From the NCBI GenBank assembly GCA_964016885.1, contig OZ024744.1, forward strand, positions 121,458,001 through 121,522,000: DNA of 64,000 nt. The letters run 5' to 3'. Position 1 is the first letter of the stretch. Every line of letters begins with the position of its first letter. The stretch comes from Eledone cirrhosa. Taxonomy: Eukaryota. A model generated the notes under the pieces. The model saw only the letters and a list, made by a program, of their open reading frames with translations, made no database searches and was not told where the DNA came from. Positions 50,301-62,300 of the stretch are shown here, piece by piece. The position numbers and the translations under genes are program-made.

Positions 50301-53300
50301 ATGGATGAACTGAGGGAGAAATTGGGAATAAAAGACATCAGATGTAATGTGTAGGAGAGGACACTGTGTTGGTATAGACATGTGATGTGTATGGATGAAC
50401 TGAGAGAGAAATTGGGAATAAAAGGAATCAGATGAAGGAGAGGAGACTGTGTTGGTATAGACATGTGATGTGTATGGATGAACTGAGAGAGAAACTAGGT
50501 ATAAGAGGAATCAGATGTAGGAGAGGAGACTGTGTTGGTATAGACATGGGATGTGTATGGATGAACTGAGATAGAAACTAGGTATAAGAGGAATCAGATG
50601 TAGGAGAGGAGACTGTGTTGGTATAGACATGTGATGTGTATGGATGAACTGAGAGAGAAACTAGGTATAAGAGGGATCAGATGTAGTGTGTATGAGAGGA
50701 GACTGTGTTAGTATAGACATGTGATGTGTATGGATGAACTGAGAGAGAAACTAGGTATGAGAGGAATCAGATGTAGTGTGTAGGAGAAGAGACTGTGTTG
50801 TGATAGACATGTGATGTGTATGGATGAACTGAGAGAGAAACTAGGTATCAAAGGAATTAGATGTAGTGTGTAGGAGAGGAGACTGTGTTGGTATAGACAT
50901 GTGATGTGTGTGGATTAACTGAGGGAGAAATTGGGAATAAGAGGAATCAGATGTAGTGTGTAGGAGAGGAGACTGTGTTGGTATAGACATGTGATGTGTA
51001 TGGATGAAGTGAGAGAGAACCTAGGTATAAGAGGAATCAGACTGAGAGAGAAACTAGGTATCAGAGGAATCAGATATATTGTGTAGGAGAGAAACAAGAT
51101 GTAGTGTGTAGTAGAGTTTACTGTGTTGTTATAGACATGTGATGTGTATGAATGAACTGAGAGAGAAACTAGGTATAAGAGCTATCAGATGTAGTGTGTA
51201 GGAGAGGAGACTGTGTTGGTATAGACATGTGATGTGTATGGATGAACTGAGAGAGAAACCGGCTATAAGAGGAATCAGATGTAGTATGTAGGAGAGGAGA
51301 CTGTCTTGCTATAGACATGTGATGTGTATGGATGAACTGAGAGAGAAACTAGGTATAAGACGAATCAGATATAGGAGAGGAGACTGTGTTGGTATAGACA
51401 TGGGATGTGTATGGATAAACTGAGAGAGAAACTAGGTATAAGAGGAATCAGATGAAGGAGAGGAGACTGTGTTGGTAGAGACATGTGATGTGTATGGATG
51501 AACTGAGAGAGAAACTCGGTATAAGAGGAATCAGATGTAGGAGAGGAGACTGTGTTGGTATAGACATGGGATGTGTATGGATGAACTGAGATAGAAACTA
51601 GGTATAAGAGGAATCAGATGTAGGAGAGGAGACTGTGTTGGTATAGACATGTGATGTGTATGGATGAACTGAGAGAGAAACTAGGTATAAGAGGAATCAC
51701 ATGTAGTGTGTAGGAGAGGAGACTGTGTTGGTATAGACATGTGATGTGTATGGATGAACTGAGAGAGAAACTAGGTATAAGAGGAATCAGACGTAGTGTG
51801 TAGGAGAGGAGACTGTGTTGGTATAGACATGTGATGTGTATGGATGAACTGAGAGAGAAACTAGTTATAAGAGGAATCAGATATAGTGTTTAGGAGAGGA
51901 GACTGTGTTGGTATAGACATGTGATGTGTATGGATGAACTGAGAGAGAAACTAGGTATAAGAGAAATCAGATGTAGTGTGTAGGAAAGGAGACTGTGTTG
52001 GTATAGACATGTGATGTGTATGGATGAACTGAGAGAGAAACTAGGTATAAGAGGAATCAGATGAAGGAGAGGAGACTGTGTTGGTATAGACATGTGATGT
52101 GTATGGATGAACTGAGAGAGAAACTCGGTATAAGAGGAATCAGATGTAAGAGAGGAGACTGTGTTGGTATAGATATGGGATGTGTATGGATGAACTGAGA
52201 TAGAAACTATGTATAAGAGGAATCAGATGTAGGAGAGGAGACTGTGTTGGTATAGACATGTGATGTGTATGGATGAACTGAGAGAGAAACTAGGTATAAG
52301 AGGAATCAGATGTAGTGTGTATGAAAGGAGACTGTGTTGTTATAGACATGTGATGTGTATGGATGAACTGAGAGAAAAACCGGCTATAAGAGGAATCAGA
52401 TGTAGTGTGTAGGAGAGGAGATTGTGTTGGTGTAGACATGTAATGTGTATGGATGAACTGAGGGAGAAACTGGGTATAAGAGGAATCAGATGTAATGTGT
52501 AGGAGAGGAGACTGTGTTGGTATAGACATGTGATGTGTATGCATGAACTTAGAGAGAAACTAGGTATAAGAGGAATCAGATGTAGTGTGTAGGAGAGGAG
52601 ACTGTGTTGGTGTAGACATGTGATGTGTATGGATGAACTGAGAGAGAAACTAGGTATAAGAGGAATCAGATGTAGTGTGTAGGAGAGGAGAGTGTGTTGG
52701 TATATACATGTGATGTGTATGGATGAACAGAGAGGGGAAACTCGGTATAAGAGGAATCAGATGTAGTGTGTAGGAGAGGAGAGAGTGTTGGTATAGACAT
52801 GTGATGTGAATGGATGAACTGAGAGAGAAACTAGGTATAAGAGGAATCAGATGAAGGAGAGGAGACTGTGTTGGTATAGACATGTGATGTGTATGGATGA
52901 ACTGAGGGAGAAATTGGGAATAAAAGACATCAGATGTAATGTGTAGGAGAGGAGACTGTGTTGGTATAGACATGTGATGTGTATGGATGAACTGAGAGAG
53001 AAATTGGGAATAAAAGGAATCAGATGAAGGAGAGGAGACTGTGTTGATATAGACATGTGATGTGTATGGATGAACTGAAAGAGAAACTAGGCATAAGAGG
53101 AATCAGATGTAGGAGAGGAGACTGTGTTGGTATAGACATGTGATGTGTATGGATGAACTGAGAGAGAAACTAGGTATAAGAGGAATCAGATGTAGGAGAG
53201 GAGACTGTGTTGGTATAGACATGGGATGTGTATGGATGAACTGAGAGAGAAACTAGGTATAAGAGGAATCAGATGTAGGAGAGGAGACTGTGTTGGTATA

Positions 53301-56300
53301 GACATGTGATGTGTATGGATGAACTGAGAGAGAAACTAGGTATAAGAGGAATCAGATGAAAGAGAGGAGACTGTGTTGGTATAGACATGTGATGTGTATG
53401 GATGAACTGAGAGAGAAACTCGGTATAAGAGGAATCAGATGTAGGAGAGGAGACTGTGTTGGTATAGATATGGGATGTGTATGGATGAACTGAGAGAGAA
53501 ACTAGGTATAAGAGGAATCAGATGTAGGAGAGGAGACTGTGTTGGTATAGACGTGTGATGTGTATGGATGAACTGAGAGAGAAACTAGGTATAAGAGGGA
53601 TCAGATGTAGTGTGTATGAGAGGAGACTGTGTTGGTATAGACATGTGATGTGTATGGATGAACTGAGAGTGAAACTAGGTATGAGAGGAATCAGATGTAG
53701 TGTGTAGGAGAAGAGACTGTGTTGTGATAGACATGTGATGTGTATGGATGAACTGAGAGAGAAACTAGGTATCAAAAGAATCAGATGTAGTGTGTAGGAG
53801 AGGAGACTGTGTTGGTATAGACATGTGATGTGTGTGGATGAACTGAGGGAGAAATTGGGAATAAGAGGAATCAGATGTAGTGTGTAGGAGAGGAGACTGT
53901 GTTGGTATAGACATGTGATGTGTATGGATGAAGTGAGAGAGAACCTAGGTATAAGAGGAATCAGACTGAGAGAGAAACTAGGTATCAGAGGAATCAGATA
54001 TAGTGTGTAGGAGAGAAACAAGATGTAGTGTGTAGTAGAGTTTACTGTGTTGGTATAGACATGTGATGTGTATGAATGAACTGAGAGAGAAACTAGGTAT
54101 AAGAGGTATCAGATGTAGTGTGTAGGAGAGGTGACTGTGTTGGTATAGACATGTAATGTGTATGGATGAACTGAGAGAGAACCTAGGTATAAGAGGAATC
54201 AGATGTAGGAGAGGAGACTGTGTTGGTGTAGACATGTGATGTGTATGGATGAACTGAGAGAGAAACCGGCTATAAGAGGAATCAGATGTAGTATGTGGGA
54301 GAGGAGCCTGTCTTGCTATAGACATGTGATGTGTATGGATGAACTGAGAGAGAAACTAGGTATAAGAGGAATCAGATATAGAAGAGGAGACTGTGTTGGT
54401 ATAGACATGGGATGTGTATGGATAAACTGAGAGAGAAACTAGGTGTAAGAGGAATCAGATGAAGGAGAGGAGACTGTGTTGGTATAGACATGTGATGTGT
54501 ATGGATGAACTAAGAGAGAAACTCGGTATAAGAGGAATCAGATGTAGGAGAGGAGACTGTGTTGGTATAGACATGGGATGTGTATGGATGAACTGAGATA
54601 GAAACTAGGTATAAGAGGAATCAGATGTAGGAGAGGAGACTGTGTTAGTATAGACATGTGATGTGTATGGATGAACTGAGAGAGAAACTAGGTATAAGAG
54701 GAATCAGATGTAGTGTGTAGGAGAGGAGACTGTGTTGGTATAGACATGTGATGTGTATGGATGAAGTGAGAGATAAACTAGGTATAAGAGGAATCAGACG
54801 TAGTGTGTAGGAGAGGAGACTGTGTTGGTATAGATATGTGATGTGTATGGATGAACTGAGAGAAAAACCGGCTATAAGAGGAATCAGATGTAGTGTGTAG
54901 GAGAGGAGACTGTGTTGGTATAGACATGTGATGTTTATGGATGAACTGAGAGAGAAACTGGGTATAAGAGGAATCAGATGTAGTGTGTAGGAGAGGAGAC
55001 TGTGTTGGTGTAGACATGTAATGTGTATGGATGAACTGAGGGAGAAACTGGGTATAAGAGGAATCAGATGTAATGTGTAGGAGAGGAGACTGTGTTGGTA
55101 TAGACATGTGATGTGTATGGATGAACAGAGAGGGAAACTCGGTATAAGAGGAATCAGATGTAGTGTGTAGGAGAGGAGAGAGTGTTGGTATAGACATGTG
55201 ATGTGAATGGATGAACTGAGAGAGAAACTAGGTATAAGAGGAATCAGATGAAGGAGAGGAGACTGTGTTGGTATAGACATGTGATGTGTATGGATGAACT
55301 GAGAGAGAAACTAGACATAAGAGGAATCAGATGTAGGAGAGGAGACTGTGTTGGTATAGACATGTGATGTGTATGGATGAACTGAGAGAGAAACTAGGTA
55401 TAAGAGGAATCAGATGTAGGAGAGGAGACTGTGTTGGTATAGACATGGGATGTGTATGGATGAACTGAGAGAGAAACTAGGTATAAGAGGAATCAGATGT
55501 AGGAGAGGAGACTGTGTTGGTATAGACATGTGATGTGTATGGATGAACTGAGAGAGAAACTAGGTATAAGAGGAATCAGATGAAGGAGAGGAGACTGTGT
55601 TGGTATAGACATGTGATGTGTATGGATGAACTGAGAGAGAAACTCGGTATAAGAGGGATCAGATGTAGTGTGTATGAGAGGAGACTGTGTTGGTATAGAC
55701 ATGTGATGTGTATGGATGAACTGAGAGAGAAACTAGGTATAAGAGAAATCAGATGTAGTGTGTAGGAAAGGAGACTGTGTTGGTATAGACATGTGATGTG
55801 TATGGATGAACTGAGAGAGAAACTAGGTATAAGAGGAATCACATGAAGGAGAGGAGACTGTGTTGGTATAGACATGTGATGTGTATGGATGAACTGAGAG
55901 AGAAACTCGGTATAAGAGGAATCAGATGTAAGAGAGGAGACTGTGTTGGTATAGATATGGGATGTGTATGGATGAACTGAGATAGAAACTATGTATAAGA
56001 GGAATCAGATGTAGGAGAGGAGACTATGTTGGTATAGACATGTGATGTGTATGGATGAACTGAGAGAGAAACTAGGTATAAGAGGAATCAGATGTAGTGT
56101 GTATGAAAGGAGACTGTGTTGTTATAGACATGTGATGTGTATGGATGAACTGAGAGAAAAACCGGCTATAAGAGGAATCAGATGTAGTGTGTAGGAGAGG
56201 AGACTGTGTTGGTGTAGACATGTAATGTGTATGGATGAACTGAGGGAGAAACTGGGTATAAGAGGAATCAGATGTAATGTGTAGGAGAGGAGACTGTGTT

Positions 56301-59300
56301 GGTATAGACATTTGATGTGTATGCATGAACTTAGAGAGAAACTAGGTATAAGAGGAATCAGATGTAGTGTGTAGGAGAGGAGACTGTGTTGGTGTAGACA
56401 TGTGATGTGTATGGATGAACTGAGAGAGATACTAGGTAAAAGAGGAATCAGATGTAGTGTGTAGGAGAGGAGAGTGTGTTGGTATATACATGTGATGTGT
56501 ATGGATGAACAGAGAGGGGAAACTCGGTATAAGAGGAATCAGATGTAGTGTGTAGGAGAGGAGAGAGTGTTGGTATAGACATGTGATGTGAATGGATGAA
56601 CTGAGAGAGAAACTAGGTATAAGAGGAATCAGATGAAGGAGAGGAGACTGTGTTGGTATAGACATGTGATGTGTATGGATGAACTGAGGGAGAAATTGGG
56701 AATAAAAGACATCAGATGTAATGTGTAGGAGAGGAGACTGTGTTGGTATAGACATGTGATGTGTATGGATGAACTGAGAGAGAAATTGGGAATAAAAGGA
56801 ATCAGATGAAGGAGAGGAGACTGTGTTGGTATAGACATGTGATGTGTATGGATGAACTGAAAGAGAAACTAGGCATAAGAGGAATCAGATGTAGGAGAGG
56901 AGACTGTGTTGGTATAGACATGTGATGTGTATGGATGAACTGAGAGAGAAACTAGGTATAAGAGGAATCAGATGTAGGAGAGGAGACTGTGTTGGTATAG
57001 ACATGGGATGTGTATGGATGAACTGAGAGAGAAACTAGGTATAAGAGGAATCAGATGTAGGAGAGGAGACTGTGTTGGTATAGACATGTGATGTGTATGG
57101 ATGAACTGAGAGAGAAACTAGGTATAAGAGGAATCAGATGAAAGAGAGGAGACTGTGTTGGTATAGACATGTGATGTGTATGGATGAACTGAGAGAGAAA
57201 CTCGGTATAAGAGGAATCAGATGTAGGAGAGGAGACTGTGTTGTTATAGATATGGGATGTGTATGGATGAACTGAGAGAGAAACTAGGTATAAGAGGAAT
57301 CAGATGTAGGAGAGGAGACTGTGTTGGTATAGACGTGTGATGTGTATGGATGAACTGAGAGAGAAACTAGGTATAAGAGGGATCAGATGTAGTGTGTATG
57401 AGAGGAGACTGTGTTGGTATAGACATGTGATGTGTATGGATGAACTGAGAGAGAAACTAGGTATGAGAGGAATCAGATGTAGTGTGTAGGAGAAGAGACT
57501 GTGTTGTGATAGACATGTGATGTGTATGGATGAACTGAGAGAGAAACTAGGTATCAAAGGAATCAGATGTAGTGTGTAGGAGAGGAGACTGTGTTGGTAT
57601 AGACATGTGATGTGTGTGGATGAACTGAGGGAGAAATTGGGAATAAGAGGAATCAGATGTAGTGTGTAGGAGAGGAGACTGTGTTGGTATAGACATGTGA
57701 TGTGTATGGATGAAGTGAGAGAGAACCTAGGTATAAGAGGAATCAGACTGAGAAAGAAACTAGGTATCAGAGGAATCAGATATAGTGTGTAGGAGAGAAA
57801 CAAGATGTAGTGTGTAGTAGAGTTTACTGTGTTGGTATAGACATGTGATGTGTATGAATGAACTGAGAGAGAAACTAGGTATAAGAGGTATCAGATGTAG
57901 TGTGTAGGAGAGGTGACTGTGTTGGTATAGACATGTAATGTGTATGGATGAACTGAGAGAGAACCTAGGTATAAGAGGAATCAGATGTAGGAGAGGAGAC
58001 TGTGTTGGTGTAGACATGTGATGTGTATGGATGAACTGAGAGAGAAACCGGCTATAAGAGGAATCAGATGTAGTATGTGGGAGAGGAGCCTGTCTTGCTA
58101 TAGACATGTGATGTGTATGGATGAACTGAGAGAGAAACTAGGTATAAGAGGAATCAGATATAGAAGAGGAGACTGTGTTGGTATAGACATGGGATGTGTA
58201 TGGATAAACTGAGAGAGAAACTAGGTGTAAGAGGAATCAGATGAAGGAGAGGAGACTGTGTTGGTATAGACATGTGATGTGTATGGATGAACTAAGAGAG
58301 AAACTCGGTATAAGAGGAATCAGATGTAGGAGAGGAGACTGTGTTGGTATAGACATGGGATGTGTATGGATGAACTGAGATAGAAACTAGGTATAAGAGG
58401 AATCAGATGTAGGAGAGGAGATTGTGTTAGTATAGACATGTGATGTGTATGGATGAACTGAGAGAGAAACTAGGTATAAGAGGAATCAGATGTAGTGTGT
58501 AGGAGAGGAGACTGTGTTGGTATAGACATGTGATGTGTATGGATGAAGTGAGAGATAAACTAGGTATAAGAGGAATCAGACGTAGTGTGTAGGAGAGGAG
58601 ACTGTGTTGGTATAGATATTGGGTGTGTATGGATGAACTGAGAGAAAAACCGGCTATAAGAGGAATCAGATGTAGTGTGTAGGAGAGGAGACTGTGTTGG
58701 TATAGACATGTGATGTTTATGGATGAACTGAGAGAGAAACTGGGTATAAGAGGAATCAGATGTAGTGTGTAGGAGAGGAGACTGTGTTGGTGTAGACATG
58801 TAATGTGTATGGATGAACTGAGGGAGAAACTGGGTATCAGAGGAATCAGATGTAATGTGTAGGAGAGGAGACTGTGTTGGTATAGACATGTGATGTGTAT
58901 GGATGAACAGAGAGGGAAACTCGGTATAAGAGGAATCAGATGTAGTGTGTAGGAGAGGAGAGAGTGTTGGTATAGACATGTGATGTGAATGGATGAACTG
59001 AGAGAGAAATTAGGTATAAGAGGAATCAGATGAAGGAGAGGAGACTGTGTTGGTATAGACATGTGATGTGTATGGATGAACTGAGAGAGAAACTAGGTAT
59101 AAGAGGAATCAGATGTAGGAGAGGAGACTGTGTTGGTATAGACATGGGATGTGTATGGATGAACTGAGAGAGAAACTAGGTATAAGAGGAATCAGATGTA
59201 GGAGAGGAGACTGTGTTGGTATAGACATGTGATGTGTATGGATGAACTGAGAGAGAAACTAGGTATAAGAGGAATCAGATGAAGGAGAGGAGACTGTGTT

Positions 59301-62300
59301 GGTATAGACATGTGATGTGTATGGATGAACTGAGAGAGAAACTCGGTATAAGAGGAATCAGATGTAGGAGAGGAGACTGTGTTGGTATAGACATGTGATG
59401 TGGATGGATGAACTGAGAGAGAAACTAGGTATAAGAGGGATCAGATGTAGTGTGTATGAGAGGAGACTGTGTTGGTATAGACATGTGATGTGTATGGATG
59501 AACTGAGAGAGAAACTAGGTATGAGAGGAATCAGATGTAGTGTGTAGGAGAAGAGACTGTGTTGTGATAGACATGTGATGTGTATGGATGAACTGAGAGA
59601 GAAACTAGGTATCAAAGGAATCAGATGTAGTGTGTAGGAGAGGAGACTGTGTTGGTATAGACATGTGATGTGTGTGGATGAACTGAGGGAGAAATTGGGA
59701 ATAAGAGGAATCAGATGTAGTGTGTAGGAGAGGAGACTATGTTGGTATAGACATGTGATGTGTATGGATGAAGTGAGAGAGAACCTAGGTATAAGAGGAA
59801 TCAGACTGAGAGAGAAACTAGGTATCAGAGGAATCAGATATAGTGTGTAGGAGAGAAACAAGATGTAGTGTGTAGTAGAGTTTACTGTGTTGGTATAGAC
59901 ATGTGATGTGTATGAATGAACTGAGAGAGAAACTAGGTATAAGAGGTATCAGATGTAGTGTGTAGGAGAGGTGACTGTGTTGGTATAGACATGTAATGTG
60001 TATGGATGAACTGAGAGAGAACCTAGGTATAAGAGGAATCAGATGTAGGAGAGGAGACTGTGTTGGTGTAGACATGTGATGTGTATGGATGAACTGAGAG
60101 AGAAACCGGCTATAAGAGGAATCAGATGTAGTATGTGGGAGAGGAGCCTGTCTTGCTATAGACATGTGATGTGTATGGATGAACTGAGAGAGAAACTAGG
60201 TATAAGAGGAATCAGATGTAGGAGAGGAGACTGTGTTGGTATAGACATGGGATGTGTATGGATGAACTGAGATAGAAACTAGGTATAAGAGGAATCAGAT
60301 GTAGGAGAGGAGACTGTGTTAGTATAGACATGTGATGTGTATGGATGAACTGAGAGAGAAACTAGGTATAAGAGGAATCAGATGTAGTGTGTAGGAGAGG
60401 AGACTGTGTTGGTATAGACATGTGATGTGTATGGATGAAGTGAGAGAGAAACTAGGTATAAGAGGAATCAGATATAGGAGAGGAGACTGTGTTGGTATAG
60501 ACATGTGATGTGTATGGATGAACTGAGAGAGAAACTAGGTATAAGAGGAATCAGATGAAGGAGAGGAGACTGTGTTGGTATAGACATGTGATGTGTATGG
60601 ATGAACTGAGAGAGAAACTCGGTATAAGAGGAATCAGATGTAGGAGAGGAGACTGTGTTGGTATAGACATGGGATGTGTATGGATGAACTGAGATAGAAA
60701 CTAGGTATAAGAGGAATCAGATGTAGGAGAGGAGACTGTGTTGGTATAGACGTGTGATGTGTATGGATGAACTGAGAGAGAAACTAGGTATAAGAGGGAT
60801 CAGATGTAGTGTGTATGAGAGGAGACTGTGTTGGTATAGACATGTGATGTGTATGGATGAACTGAGAGAGAAACTAGGTATGAGAGGAATCAGATGTAGT
60901 GTGTAGGAGAAGAGACTGTGTTGTGATAGACATGTGATGTGTATGGATGAACTGAGAGAGAAACTAGGTATCAAAGGAATCAGATGTAGTGTGTAGGAGA
61001 GGAGACTGTGTTGGTATAGACATGTGATGTGTGTGGATGAACTGAGGGAGAAATTGGGAATAAGAGGAATCAGATGTAGTGTGTAGGAGAGGAGACTGTG
61101 TTGGTATAGACATGTGATGTGTATGGATGAAGTGAGAGAGAATCTAGGTATAAGAGGAATCAGACTGAGAGAGAAACTAGGTATCAGAGGAATCAGATAT
61201 AGTGTGTAGGAGAGAAACAAGATGTAGTGTGTAGTAGAGTTTACTGTGTTGGTATAGACATGTGATGTGTATGAATGAACTGAGAGAGAAACTAGGTATA
61301 AGAGGTATCAGATGTAGTGTGTAGGAGAGGTGACTGTGTTGGTATAGACATGTAATGTGTATGGATGAACTGAGAGAGAACCTAGGTATAAGAGGAATCA
61401 GATGTAGGAGAGGAGACTGTGTTGGTGTAGACATGTGATGTGTATGGATGAACTGAGAGAGAAACCGGCTATAAGAGGAATCAGATGTAGTATGTGGGAG
61501 AGGAGCCTGTCTTGCTATAGACATGTGATGTGTATGGATGAACTGAGAGAGAAACTAGGTATAAGAGGAATCAGATATAGAAGAGGAGACTGTGTTGGTA
61601 TAGACATGGGATGTGTATGGATAAACTGAGAGAGAAACTAGGTGTAAGAGGAATCAGATGAAGGAGAGGAGACTGTGTTGGTATAGACATGTGATGTGTA
61701 TGGATGAACTAAGAGAGAAACTCGGTATAAGAGGAATCAGATGTAGGAGAGGAGACTGTGTTGGTATAGACATGGGATGTGTATGGATGAACTGAGATAG
61801 AAACTAGGTATAAGAGGAATCAGATGTAGGAGAGGAGACTGTGTTAGTATAGACATGTGATGTGTATGGATGAACTGAGAGAGAAACTAGGTATAAGAGG
61901 AATCAGATGTAGTGTGTAGGAGAGGAGACTGTGTTGGTATAGACATGTGATGTGTATGGATGAAGTGAGAGATAAACTAGGTATAAGAGGAATCAGACGT
62001 AGTGTGTAGGAGAGGAGACTGTGTTGGTATAGATATGTGATGTGTATGGATGAACTGAGAGAAAAACCGGCTATAAGAGGAATCAGATGTAGTGTGTAGG
62101 AGAGGAGACTGTGTTGGTATAGACATGTGATGTTTATGGATGAACTGAGAGAGAAACTGGGTATAAGAGGAATCAGATGTAGTGTGTAGGAGAGGAGACT
62201 GTGTTGGTGTAGACATGTAATGTGTATGGATGAACTGAGGGAGAAACTGGGTATCAGAGGAATCAGATGTAATGTGTAGGAGAGGAGACTGTGTTGGTAT